The notes under the pieces: model-generated
The model's input: only the letters and a program-made list of their open reading frames with translations
What the model was told of the DNA's origin: nothing
Database searches by the model: none
In this document: one piece after another, positions 36,551-50,629 of the stretch
Layout: the number at the start of each line of letters is the position of its first letter
How positions within the stretch are numbered: position 1 is the first letter of the stretch
Origin: Azolla caroliniana
Lineage: Eukaryota > Plantae > Polypodiophyta
Assembly: GCA_043228905.1 (NCBI GenBank)
Contig: JBHGNT010000006.1
Location: 15,872,001-15,936,000, forward strand
DNA length: 64,000 nucleotides
Direction: 5' to 3'
Position numbers and translations under genes: made by a program

Positions 36551-37632
36551 TTGCTAAGCTTAGGACTCAAATACATTCCACCATCCTCTCTACCTTCCAC
36601 TAATACTATCGTTAAAGAATTTGCTAGTTTAAGTAGATCTTTACGTTTAAAACATTTCTTTAGAGACATGGACTCACCCCCCCTTAATCCATTTAAACTA
36701 CCAAATCCTAATTGGAATCCACCATCTCAATATCCCCCTCTTGAAAATATTATTAAAAAACATGAAACCCTCCTATTGTCTAAACTCCAACAACCTAAAC
36801 CCAAACCTGTTAGGACACCATTTCACCTTCGCACAACCCTTAAGAGCATTAGGAAAAACAACCAAATTATCGTTCTTCTGGCTAATAAGAACATGGGAGT
36901 ATGTGATCTAGACAAAGATACCTATTATGAAAAAACTATAAACCACCTCTTGGATACCACCACCTATAGAAAAGTAACGCATTTTCCATTAGAAGAAATC
37001 TTATATTGCCTTAATAGTATAGTGCAAAAAAATCTAGGAACACTTTCCTTTATCAAAGCTAATTACATACTCCATAAACCCCTAAAGGGATATCAAGTAT
37101 CTAATATTTAATTTCTCCCTAAACTCCATAAAACACCCATTAGCTTTAGACCCATCTGTTCTTATAATAACTCAATATTCGAGCAAACCTCGAAATGGCT
37201 ACAATTTCAACTTTTACCCATCCTAGTACTCCAAAAACAATACCTAAAAGACTCACACTCCCTCATCCAGAAACTAGAACTCGAAGCACTTCATCGTCTC
37301 TTTTGATGTAGAATCCCTTTATCCTAACATTCCCCCTAAGTTAGAACTCGAAGCACTTCTCCATATCATCTCCCCCGATTTTTCATTAGCCAAGACTAAT
37401 CTTATCTATATCACTACCTGACCTTCGATAATCAAGTATACCAACAAATCAAAGGAACAACTATGGGTAGCAACTTCTCAGTTGTCTATGCATGCATTTT
37501 CTTATCACACTTAGAAAACTCACAAACCATACCCCATCTCTTCTATTTTACTAGGTACATAGATGATGCATTCGGGGTTTGGACAGGTACAAAACCCCAA
37601 CTCTTAGACTTCCTCAATTTCTATAGCCTTTT
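36551..37632 (+). pseudogene. Penelope-like reverse transcriptase, N-part
   Basis: LSLGLKYIP, ANKNMG (ADKG-like), PKLHK..RPI, FDVESLYPNI, QIKGTTMGS and RYIDD motifs. Confidence 0.85.
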
Positions 37633-38155
37633 TGAAAACGATTACTTGCGGAAGCGTTAGAAAATAGAGAAAGTGGAGAATACACAGAGTACACGGGAGA
37701 GATAGAGAGAGGAGAACGTAAAAGCTATATTCAAAACAATATAAACACTCTCCACTTACAACTATGCTCAGTAGTGCTCACTATTTATACAAGTCCTCGT
37801 GGGACTGAAAAAAGTACCGCGTACTTCAATGCTCACACGAGCATCTGACACTTACTACGAGACTATAACTGCCTAGTAGTCTAAACTAATACTAGGCTTC
37901 CGGTTACGGATTGGATCCGGCTAACCGGCTACCCAACTCACCGGCTCTGTTGCTTGCCGGCTCGGTTGCTCACTGGCTTACCGATCCGTCTCGCTCACCG
38001 GCTTAGGCTTATCCAGCCGATCCGGCTCCAGTTGAGCTTGCCACTCAACACTCCCCCTCAAGCTCAACTTGAGGTTGGATCCTAGTGTCAGCCTCTGTGG
38101 CAGTCGGTTCTTCCAATCGACTTCTCCTAGCGTCGCTCTGCCTTGCTCGCGCTCC

Positions 38156-41100
38156 TCATCCAGTCCGGTCCCGTTTGCCGCGACCCTTTTGGTTCTGCGC
38201 GCCTCGACCTTCTCGGTAGGCATGTCTGCTCAATAGGCCCCTCTCAGCTCCTTCACTGCTATGACTCCGACACTTGGCCTCTAGTTGATTTGGTTCATCT
38301 GAATCCGTCTGTTGATCCGAATCGACTGTCTCCGATTCGTTCCGGCTCTTGTCCGAGTCGGTATCCTCCGACTCGTCTTTCGGTTTAAGGCCCTTGCTTC
38401 CATCCTCGGCTTCTTCAACCGGTTCACCGAAGTCAAATTCTTCATTCGACTCCATATCTCGGTCAGTGCCGCCGTGATGATGATCATTAACTCCGCATAG
38501 TATGCACTTTTCTTCCTGCGTGCACACTTCTTCTTTCTGGTTGGCTCGGTCCTCCTTGACCTTGCCACCACTGCCGCCCATTCCGACTTGTTCAGACGTG
38601 CCAACTTTCTTCATCGACTCGGCTTCTTTTTCCTCCTTGTCTCCCCCTCTTCCAGTTCTTCCATTACCAATGTCGGCAATAGTTTCTTTGCCTTTGCCCG
38701 TTCCAGCGGTGTCCTTGCCCCTTCTTCTCCCCCTCAAGTGCGGCACGTTGAGATGCTGAACACCAAGCATGTCGGTAAAGTGCTGCAACTTGTCCAATCC
38801 AAGTGGCTTGGTGAAGATGTCGGCAACTTGCCGATCCATGTGAACATACCGTAGTTCAACTTCACCGCTCAGGACCCGCTCACGCACAAAGTGATAATGC
38901 ACTTCTATGTGCTTCGTGCGAGCATGGAACACAGGGTTCTTGGCGAGCTGCATACTGTTGATGTTATCACAATAAATCGGAACCGGGGTCTGTACCTCGA
39001 TCCGCAAGTCTCGCAGTAGTCTCCGAAGCCAAATGGCTTCGTAGGTGGCAATGGTCGCGCCCCGGTACTCAACCTCAGTGCTTGACAGAGCCACTGTTGG
39101 CTGCTTTTTGCTGCTCCACGCAACAACTGTGCCCCCAAGGGAAAACATAAAACCGGAAGTGGATCTGCGATCCGATGCATCGCCGGCCCAGTTGGCATCC
39201 GTATAACCAACTAGCTCTTCGGTTATACCTCGCCGGTATAACAGTCCCCGGTCCTTTGTGCCGCGTACATATCGCAGTATCCGTTGCGCGCACTGAAGGT
39301 GCTCCACGGTCGGCTTCTGCATGAACTGACTTATCATTCCGACCGGATAGCTGATGTCGGGTTGCGTGATAGTTAAGTAAATAAGGCTTCAGACAATTTG
39401 TCGGAACCGTTTCTCGTTGCAGGCCGGTCCGGAGTTGGGACGAAGCTTCTGGTTCCAGTCCAAGGGTGTGGAGACAGGTCAGCATTCTGTCATGCCGAAC
39501 TTGTACAACATATGCAAGACGTAATGTCGTTGTGAGAGCAATATGTCGTCGGGGGTTCGGATCACCTCGATCCCAAGAAAATAATGAAGGTCCCCCAGGT
39601 CCTTCATCTCAAATGCGTCCGACAACTAGAATTTGACGTGGTTGACTTCTGGAAGACCCGTTCCGGTGATAACTAAATCATCAACATACGGTATGATACA
39701 TACCGGACCGACTGAGCCTTGCTAGATGAACAACGAAGAGTTGGACTTGGAGGCCGCAAACCCCATCTTACGCAACCGGTGCGTGATCTTCGTATTCCAA
39801 GCTCGAGGGGCTTACTTTAGGCCGTACAACGACTTCTTCAGCTGGCATACCGCCGACTTGTTCATCTTGGATTGAAAACCTGGGGGCTGAGTCATAAAGA
39901 CTTCTTCTTCAAGATCACCCTGAATAAACTCATTCTTCACATCCATCTGGTGAAGATGCCACCCCCTTGCTGCAGCAACCGCCAACACCACACGAACTGT
40001 CGTCATCTTCGCTACTGGAGCGAAGGTCTCGTCGTAGTCGATTCCATGGGTTTGCGCGTATCCCTTCGCCACTAACCGGGCCTTGTACCGGTTAATTGAA
40101 TTGTCGGCGTTGTACTTTACCTTGTACACCCACTTGCATCCGATTGGTTTACGGTGATGGGGAGGGTCAACTAGGTCCCATGTCTTGTTGACATCAAGTG
40201 CCCGCATTTCTTCCTCCATAGTGGCACGCCAATTTGCGTCCTTTGTAGCTTCTGCGTAGCTCTCCGACTCACGCACTTCCGCCACCTTGGTCATGTACGC
40301 ACAGTGATGCGCCATGTACTCATTGTATCCGTACCACTTGACGGGATCCGTTTGGCGGGTGAACCGGCATAACTCACCGTTACCCGGTTTGAGGCCCTTC
40401 TTGGCCAGTTCGGTCTTCGTTGCTGAAGATCTGCCTTTCTCCTTGCCGGAGTCGGATGTACACCGATCCGACTCATCGTTGCCGGTTTCGAATTCTGGCA
40501 TCTTTTTCTTCCCTTTCTCTTTGCGCGTGAACCGTCTCCTCTGTTCCTTGTGCGGGGAGAGCATGGCAGAGTCTCCACTACTTGCCGGTTTCTCATCGGA
40601 CTGGTCAGATTGACTCAGTCTCTCGTTCGGCCCGCTCAACCGAAACGATTCCAGACTCTCATCCTGAGTCCACGCTTCATCATCATCTACCTGGGCCGGT
40701 TCAGGCTCACTAGCCTCATCCTCCGGCATCGGGTTAGATTCGGAAGTCGGAGTCGGTAAGGAGTACCACGATGCCGATTCATCGAACTCGACATCTTGAA
40801 TAACTTGGACTTGCTTTGTCCGGGGGTTATAACACTTATAACCCTTTTGCTCTTGAGCATAGCCGACTAGGATGCATTTTTCCGATTTTGCATCCAATTT
40901 CCTCCGCTTCTCATCCGGTACATGCACATATGCAATGCTACCGATGATCTTAAGGTGTCTCAAATTCGGCTTGTGCCCGAAATACAGCTCGTGAGCTGAC
41001 ACCTTGTCACCGATCCGGTTCTGGATGTAGACAACTGTTCGGACTGCCTCCGCCCAGTAGAATTTGGGCACGCTCTTCTCCTCCAGCATTTCCCTTGCTG

Positions 41101-41586
41101 CATCAATAAGGGACCGGTTCTTCCTTTCGGCAACACCGTTCTGTTGCGGTGTGTATCTGCAGCTGAACTCTCGCCGAATTCCCTTTTGCTGCAGATAACT
41201 ATTGAATTGGCCGGAAAAGTATTCTTTTCCGCCATCCGACCGCAGGCATTTGATCTTCCTCTCTGATTCCCGTTCCACCATGCTTTGGAGACTCCGGAAA
41301 CACTCGAAGACTTCACTCTTCCGCTCAATGAGGTAGATCCATGTGTGCTGGGTATAGTCGTCGATGAAGGAGACGAAATATCGACTCCCGCCAAGACTAA
41401 CATTCTGTGCCGGTCCCCACACATCAGAATGGATAAGATCGAGCTTGTTACGGCTCCGGTTACGTTCGGTAGGGAATGGAAGCCGGTGTTGCTTCCCGAG
41501 TTGGCAGGCTTCACATACTTGGGCCTTCCGGCCGATGAACTTCGGCAAACTGAAAACAACTTGTTTCGTTTGCAGGTCTTGAAGCT
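38156..41586 (-). pseudogene. pol: Copia G IN-RT-RH with a charged C-terminal extension
   Basis: [41 protein letters not shown] motifs; a few stops in RT. Confidence 0.93.
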
Positions 41587-42087
41587 TGTTACCCGGCCGG
41601 TAAAGGAGTTAAAGACCAGAATGCGAAAGGGATTGTTATTTGGAATCTATTTTAATTAAGTAGAATAGATTATAATTATGTAGTGAACGGACTGACCAGA
41701 ATCGGTATGCCAATCCGGATCCGGACCGGTTCCGAGCAGGTGCCGGTTGGCACCGTTTTGTACGTAGCATCAATGACCTATATAAAGGCCCGATTACAAT
41801 GTAAAACTTTAACGGAGAAATAATATAAGCTTCTTGTTTTATCTTCACGTATTGATTACCGTTCTGTATTAATTGTTATATCTTATGCGTGTATTAAGTG
41901 AATGCCTTATTGCTAAGTAGCCAATTAAGTCGGATTAATCGTTGTGTCTTAAGTTATCTCGCCGTAACACCCCTTTGGTGAAGTGTCTTCCGGAGACACC
42001 CTGTGTTAGGCCATTGTCCTGCCCTAAGGATTAACACAGTTTTTGGCGACCACGATTCCTGCACAATCGCAGCAAACCGCAGCGGGA

Positions 42088-45000
42088 ATGGATGACGCGA
42101 CCAATGAGGAGCGAGCAAGGAGGCTTGCTAAACGGCTAAGGAAGCGTGAGGCTTTCCAACAAGCGGTAGAAGAAATCAGAGCGGATCGCTCATTTTCCAA
42201 GGTGATCCGGAGAGTGGACAAGGAGTCACTTTGGCTACCACAAAACGACTACCCGGACGAAGGAAGCAACCTAAGCAGCCTCCGGGATGCGGAATCCCTT
42301 CTCCAGGCATTGGCAGCGGGCGAAGGTGAATCCGAAGCATTTTCGGCATTTGAATCGGGTTCGGACGGGGAATACAACGCCAGACGAACTACCGCAACAG
42401 TAACGACACCCCAGACGGACCAGAGGACGAGGAGTCGGATACCTTGCCGACACCGGAACCAGAATTGACAACGCTGGAACCTCTGGCACCAGAAGTCGAG
42501 CACACTCCGGAACCAGAACCAGAAGTCGAGGACGAGAGACCTCTGACACCGGAAGTCGTGGAGGAGAGACCTCCGACGTTGAGAGAGGAAGGGGAAAGAC
42601 CACCGACACCACCAGCCCGTGTACCGACACCAGACGACGATATGCCGTTCCCATATCCCAGATACTGGGATGATTCAGACGCGGAAGCCCACGTCCATGC
42701 GTTTCGGCAGACCTGGGAGGCAAACCATGTGTCCCAATGCTTAAATGCAGCCAAAGAGGAACGCTAAAAAAGGGCAGAGTTCGGCATGACCTTGGAGGGA
42801 CCGGCCGCCAGATGGCACCGAACACAAGATCCCAGCAGCATCCCCACGTTTGAAACATTAAAGACAAAATTCTTGCATTTCTTTCACAAGGAGATGGACC
42901 AACGAGAAGTGGTAGGCTTATTTTACAGTATCCGGTAGGAACCAACGGAGAACATTCAACAGTTTGTCATCCGGTTCCAGCGGATCCACATTCAGCTAAG
43001 CCAGACACCATCGGAGGAAGAAACAAAGGCCATATTCTTAGCAGCCCTCCGGGAACCCTTACGTACAGTGTGCACCGTTATTGATTTCCACACCAGCAAC
43101 ATAGATCAAGTGATCGACCGAGTTCTGGAAATGGAAACCTCAAGTTCATGGCTAACCATGGGCGCACTTCAGTGTGCACTACCAATGGAAGAGGACCTCC
43201 GTTTCCGGCAGGCAATTCAATGTACGACATGCCTGAATGCCGGACATTCAGCGCTGGAATGCACCATGCGTTCCCAATGCTTGCTCTGCAACTCTAGAAG
43301 TCACACAATGGAACGGTGTGAGTATAACTTGTTAAATCAGCAAGCACCACCAGTCCGGCAAATTGAACCACGGAGAAACCAGGAGGAAGAAGAAGAACGC
43401 TGGTGGCGAGAGGAGCGCTACCGACCAGCACAAGATGTCCGGTACAACAATCGAAGAGACGCTTATGACCGGTATGACAGACAGGATAGATACCGGGACT
43501 ATAATGGACGGTACGAGAGATACAACCGGGATCACTCCCCTGGTTACAACCACTGACGAGACGACAATGGCAAGTATGACGACCAACACCATCAAGGTTA
43601 CCGAAACAAAAAGAATTTCAAGAAACGTCATTTCAACAAAAGGGGGGTCATCCATGGGAATCGGAACAGGGCGCTCCAAGCAGCCAACCAGACCAAAACC
43701 AAGCACTTACCACAGGACCTCCACCAAGCACACACGCCGAATCCAACAACACCCAAAAGCCGTACTACTATTATTGCCGGCAAGAAGGCCACTATAGTAA
43801 TCAATATCCGGCGAAGAGCTACGACAAGCGACCAACGGTGAACATGGTAGACGCGGAAGTCGCGGACATACAACAAGTCACTACAAGATCAAAAGGCAAA
43901 GACACGGAGTGGGAAACTCAAGAAGCTATCTAGAAGCAAGCAACCGAATGGGTGAAGAAGGCAAATGAGCGGAATGCGGTAGAGCTCAAACAACAAAAGG
44001 AGAATGCCGAAGAGCTCACCGGCCCGGGGCAGCCCGAAAACCCAACATGGCAGGCGTTACAAGAATGCCAAATAACGTTGCCATTAGGCCGGCTATTGCA
44101 ACCGGTACCACGCTTCACGGAAGGATTGAAGACAGGAAGGACGACAGTTGACACACCACCGGCTCCGACATTCTTTTCAAATCCGGAGGAAGGACCGACA
44201 GTGGTGGACACGAGCAGTTCGTCAATCACAACCATCGTGAAAGGAAATAAGCTACCAGGCACGATTATCGATGGAGGATCCGGCGTGAACGTGATCAGCC
44301 TCCGAACGTGTAACACTCTAGGAATCCATACTGGGAACCGTGCCCGTTTTGGCTTCAGATGGTGGACACAAGCTCAGTACGGCCGACCGGATTAATACGT
44401 GATCTGGAAGTGACATCGGGGGTCACACATTTCACATTTCCGTAGTTGTTCTCAAGCTACAGGCTCGGGGAGCTTACCCACTATTGTTGAGACGCCCTTG
44501 GTTAAAAACAACACACATCAAGCAAATCTGGAGGAAGAATATAATTACGTTCAGGCGTGGAAAAGCGAAAGTACGAGTGCCGACTCGACCACGATCCGGT
44601 ACCGGCAAGGAATCAACGCCGCTATATGCGGAATGTGTCAACATGCTGGAAGGATTGGCGGACCAAGAGGTCAATCAATACTTACAGGAAAATCCGAAGA
44701 TCATACCTCTGTTCGAGATTGATGTAGTTGAAGAATCATCACCATACATACTGCAACCGGACGGGACTAACGAGGAACTGGATAAAGAAGAAATCTGGGA
44801 ATTACGGCAAGCATAGGAAGCAATGGAAAAAGAAATGGAAGTATCGCAGCGCGTGAAAGCATCCCAACTAGAAGAGGTAAACCTAGGTACCACAGAGGAC
44901 ACAAGACTGGTGCACATCGCCAAGGAAATGACCCCGGAGAACAAAACGACAATGATCACACTCCTGAAAGAATTTCACGATGTGTTCGCCTGGTCCTACG

Positions 45001-47400
45001 AGGACATGTGGCGACTCGATCCTTAATTGTATCAACACCAGATACATCTCAGTAAAGACGCCAAATCGGTAGCGCAACGGCGTTACCGGATGAACCCAAA
45101 TTACGTAGCAAAAGTCAAAGAAGAAATCGACAAGTTGCCAAGAGTGGGCTTCATCCGACCGGTAAAGAAAGCCACATGGCTCAGCCCGATAGTCGTAGTA
45201 CCCAAAAAGAACGGTAAGGTAAGAGTGTGCGTCGTCTACAGTAAATTGAATGCGGCTATGGTAACAAACGCCTTCCCACTTCCATTCACGGATGGAGTCT
45301 TAGATGCGGTTGCCAGTCATGAGGTGTACAGTTTTCTGGACGGTTTCAACGGCTATAATTAGATCCGGATGCACCCCGCCGACTAGGAGAAAACCGCTTT
45401 TGTCACCGAATGGGGAGTCTTTGTTGCCGTAGTGATGATGTTCGGACTGAAAACGGCGCCGGCAACCTTCCAACGGATCATCATGGAGATTTTCGGAGAA
45501 TTCATTCCGGCATTCATACAGGTGTTCTTGGACGACTTCGCTGTTAATAGCTAGGAAGGGGATCACCTTCAGCACCTCCGACTATGTCTGGAGAAATGTA
45601 GGGTTTACTGACTAAGCTTGATAGTGCCGCATAGTACATCAGACACCGTTCCGATGGACGAACACAGAAGACCAGGCTTACCGGGCACTAAAAGTGTTGT
45701 TGTCACAAGCGCCGGTGGTGCAACCTCCGGATTGGTCTAAAGAGTTCCATGTGTTCGTTGACGCGTCCGACATCGCAATCGGGAGCGCGTTGATGCAACT
45801 TACAGAACCAAAATGGTACCGACCAGTGTATTATGCCAGCCGGAAGCTGTCCCAAGCGGAACGTAATTATTCCACAACGGAAAGGGAGGCCTTGGGTATG
45901 ATCTACAATGTCACCAAGTTTAGACACTATCTGTTGGGAAGGAAATTTTCTTTTCACGTAGATCATTCGACGTTCCTCTACTTGGTGTCCAAAGCATCAC
46001 TCACCGGTAAGCTGGCCCGGTGGACGTTACTATTACAAGAATTCGAGTTCGAGATATTCCACCGACCCGACATACAGACTATTTAAGCCGGTTAGACTCT
46101 GGCGAAACCGGTGAAGGCATCCCAGACAACTTTCCGGATGCAGACCTGTTTAGAGTCACCGCAGAAACGACAACGGATAGTACGGTCGCAGAGGAAGACA
46201 AGTGGCTCACCAACATGCACTAATTTCTGAGCATCGGCTTACCTCCGGAGGAGATGAACAAAGACGAAAGGAAACGCTTAGCGGTTCAAAGCCGGCACTT
46301 CTGTCTATTACAAGACACACTGTACCACAAAGGCGCAGATGGCATATGGGGGTGTGCAGTGCGCAACGACGAAAAGGAAATAATATTGCATGAAGCACAC
46401 TGCGGCATGGCTGGAGGACATTATGCTGGAGACGCTATGGCAAGGAAAATATGGCACAGTGGATTATGGTGGCTGACAACATTGAAGGATGCAGTCCGGT
46501 ACGCTAAAGAATGTGACCTATGTCAGCGAATAGGCCAACCAACCGAACAAGCCAGGATGCCTCACCAGCCCGTGCTACCGTTAGAACCATTTCAGAAATG
46601 GGGGTTGGATTTTGTCGGTCCATTCAAACCACCGGCAATGAGAACCAGCAACCGGTGCGTGATCGTCGCTACGGATTACTGCACAAAATGGGTGGAAGCC
46701 AAAGCACTACGCGACAACACCGCGGCATCCACGACAAAGTTTTTATATGAATGCATCTGGTGCCGGTATGGATGTCCGATAGAGCTCATAAGTGACCTAG
46801 GTGGGCACTTCTTAGGGCAAGTAGTGGAAAGTTTGACGACATTTTATGCGGTGATGCACAAACGGAGCACTCCCTATTATCCGCAAGCCAACGGATTAGC
46901 TGAGTCAACAAATAAAACACTACAGAACATCCTGCGAAAAATTGTCAATGAGAACCGGACGGATTGGGATACAAAGCTACACAGTGCACTGTGGGCCTAC
47001 CGAACGGCATATAAGACAAGTATCCGCACAACATTGTTTCGCTTAGCATTCGGATTGGAAGCAGTGATGCCGGTAGAGTTCCAGGTACCGAGTTTACGAA
47101 TACAGATTTGGGAATGCCTAAATGAGAAGGAATCAGAAGCCATCCAGTTAGCCGCACTGTGCGAATTGGAAGAACACCGGCTAGCCAGCATCATGCACCT
47201 AGAACTAGAGCAACAACGAAGGAAGGCGTTCATGGATTGTCACCGGAAAGGGAACGAAAAGATGTTTGGAATCGGTATGCCGGTACTAGTATTCTAGACT
47301 CGGATGGGTAAGATGCCGGGAAAGCTACGGTTTCGGTGGACCGAACCATACTGGATTACGTGTGAGTTCAACGGTTCACGAGCCGGCAAACGACAACAAC
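42088..47400 (+). pseudogene. gag-pol: Gag-pol of C with many stops/frameshifts and deletions in RT
   Basis: ORF fragments collinear with the B polyprotein (CTTCLNAGH, IIDGGSGVN, LDGFNGYN, VDASD, GLDFVGP). Confidence 0.92.
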
Positions 47401-50400
47401 GACGCAACGAAAAGCAGTCCAGCGGCCGGCAAGTTCCACAATCCGGATAGGGGTCCAGTGGAACTAGATGCGAATTAACTAAGCCATTGTATCTTTTTAA
47501 AAGAAAAAAATAAAAAGAAAAAAAATAAAAAATAAATCAAATCAAATCAAATCAAAGTAAATCATGCAAGGGCAAGGGGTGAACGGACACATGCAAGAAT
47601 AAGGAGTGAACAAGCACTTTGAAAAGGTACGTGGTGGGCTATTAATAGGATATTAAACTGCCGCCACATGACACGTCATTCTATTTTAGTACACGACGTG
47701 CACATGCGCGAGTCAAAAAAAAAGGCGGCAACATGCAGCAAGAAAACTCCCACCGCGTGGAAACCTTCACATTTCGTGAACAAAGGAGCACAAACGAGCA
47801 CAGGCGATTGAAGATCAGCAAACGCGAGCCCACGCACAGAGAGCCTCCTCAAACACACCCCATACCAGCGCTCACCGACCTCGAAGAAGCCATGGATTGC
47901 CAAGCACTCTCTGAAGCAGCCAAGAAGTGGCTAAGGCAACACGGGTTAGAAGGTTTCCTCACAATCATGGAGGCGCCACCGCATCGGGAGGCGGAGAAGA
48001 CAGTCAAGGAAATTGACACGGAGCTGATTACTGAGGAGGCCATCCATGCGTTGATTGGCCTTCCAGAAGGGGGCATCTTCACTATCGACAACCCTACCCT
48101 GCAGTAGCTCCGAAAATATTTTGGGGAATACTCCCTGGCCAACAAGGCCTACCGGACACAGGGCGGCGAAGATCCACTCTTTCGAGAAATTGCCCGTGTG
48201 CTCCATGAATTTGGACATGTATACCCTCGACCCCCGTGCATGCCTCTGAATGGGGTCGGCTTAATCATAGCAACATATGAAGGCGTGAAGGTGGACTAGC
48301 CAGTACTGATTGTGGATGGCCTCTGTGCGGCCATCGACTCTGTCAGAGGCAAGGAGGGTCGAAAGATATGGACGGTAGTGGCGCAATGGCTCACCCTATT
48401 GGCGCCACCTATCAAGCCCGTCAAGACCACGAAGCGGGGAAGAACAACCGAAGGCACCCCGAAAACGGCCTCGAAACGGCAGCAATTGTTGGTTTCTAAG
48501 GCAACCAAAGGGAAGGTGGCCGACACGGACCAGGCGGCAAAGGAGCATGCCAATAGGAAGCGGCAGGCGAAAACACAAGAGGAGCCACCAGCACGGCCAA
48601 TCAAGATCAGGCTTCACCGACCGGTTCAACAAGTGCTGGACCCCTTGGCAGCGAAAATCAACATCAGGACTCATAAGGATGAAGCGGAGGAGGAACCGTT
48701 AGAGAACCTCTAGCGGCGCTAGAAGTCAAGCACCTCCGAACAGGCCGGGGAGCGTTCGGACCCAAAGAATGATGGAACGCTTGTACCCCGCACTGAGCAA
48801 CCCGCACCAAGGATGGAACCGGAACCGGTTCGGACAGAACCGGTCACAGAGCTCCTTGCACAACAACCTCTACTGGCGGGTCAAGATACGGCAAGAACCG
48901 AAATGCAAGCGCCGAAAGTACAGTTGCCTACCCCACCGGCAGGCCAAGAGCATTCAGAGGCGGAGCGGCCAACGGAGCTGTAACCAAAACGGCAAAGTGG
49001 TCACCAACAAGAGCCAGAGTTGCAACTCGACGCAACCGGACAAAACCAACCACTGGCCAACGACACCAACAGCCAACCCTCCGGGCAGACGCAACAACAG
49101 GGCACTGACAGCCAATGGCTTCGCTGGATTGGAAAACAGATTGTCGGAGTGGTACACTACATAGAGGCAGAAGAGAAAGCGCAGGTGGACCGGTTGCTCG
49201 TCAGAACTAGAGAACTAGAGACGGCCCGATCAAGGATCTGGAGCTTAGAACAAGACTTGGACCTGGCCACAGATGAATTTTCCAAAATGGCCTTAACCGG
49301 ACCACCGATCGAAGGACCGGTGACTCCGGTAGATGTACAGAATAAAGAAACACCGGCACCTGTACATAGCAATAAGACCCCGGAGACGGAACCAGTCCCA
49401 GAGATAGTGGCGACGCAAGCAAAAGAGCTTGCTGAATTGAGAGATGAACTAGCCGCACAGGAAGCATTAGGCACCCAAGAGAGGGACTTTAAGAAAGCGG
49501 TAGAAGAAGAGCAATGAAAGACTACTGAGAACCTCCGCCAGGCAGAAGAGAATCTGCGGAAAGGACATCAGGCCTATGACCGGCTGAAGGAGGAGAAAGA
49601 GAAGGCGCTGCAAGAAAAGGAGAAGCTGCGATGGATGGCGGAAACAGAGATCGAAAGACTTAAAGAAGAACTCCGTCAACAGAAAGATCGGGAAGACCGC
49701 GCCCGCCGGAAACTCAACCAAAAGCTGAAGCAGAAGACCAATGATTTTGAGCACTTGCACCGGGACTATAAGCACCTAGATACGAAACATAAGAAACACA
49801 CGAGAAGATGGCAGAGCTCCGGCAGGAGGTGCATCGAGTTGAGACAGCGCTAGCGGAGAAACGGGCTGAAAGAACCACGATGTTGGAGGAAGCCGCGCAA
49901 GAATGTATGGAGCTCCATAAGCAACATTATGAAGAGAAGGAAAGAGTGACAATGGTATTGCAGAGGTTGCAGACTACCTATCAAAACCAATTGTCACATT
50001 ACCAGGAGCAGGAGGTGGATACGGTGGCACTAATCAAGCAATTGAAGGACAAACGGCAAGCCGCGGAGGACAAATCAAAGATGGGATTGGAGCGGATCCA
50101 GTTCATTGTCTTGGCATGGAGGAACAAGACCAAATGCTTGATTGACGAAAGCTCCACGCAATGGTGGGACAAATGGGCAAAGCACACAGTCGAGCTCCAG
50201 TTGCTAAGGGCGGACGCGGAAAATCGGCAGAAGGATGGCGACGACTGCTACATGCTAACAAAGGAGGCCTTCACCACCGTAGAGATGAGTTAGCCGAGGA
50301 TTTTGTAACTCTGGTGGGGGAACAGTCAGCAGTGGTCCGGCAACTTGTAGCACAGCTAGACGATGATCGACTGGATGCTCAAATCCAGTTTGAAAGCTAT

Positions 50401-50629
50401 GAGCAGACCAGGCTACGGAGAGAAAAAGGAAAGCAGGTGGCGACCGTCAACCTCAGCGATGAGGAGCCATCACCGGAACAAGGACCGGATGGAGACAAGG
50501 CTGGGGTGAGTCAACCGGAGTCAAATCCGGCGGAGCAGCTAACGGAGGAATCACCGCCACAACCGCCGGTATGGGGAGCCGAATAGACACCATCTAAGGA
50601 GCAACAGTCGGAGGAGCTGGAGCCACAAC

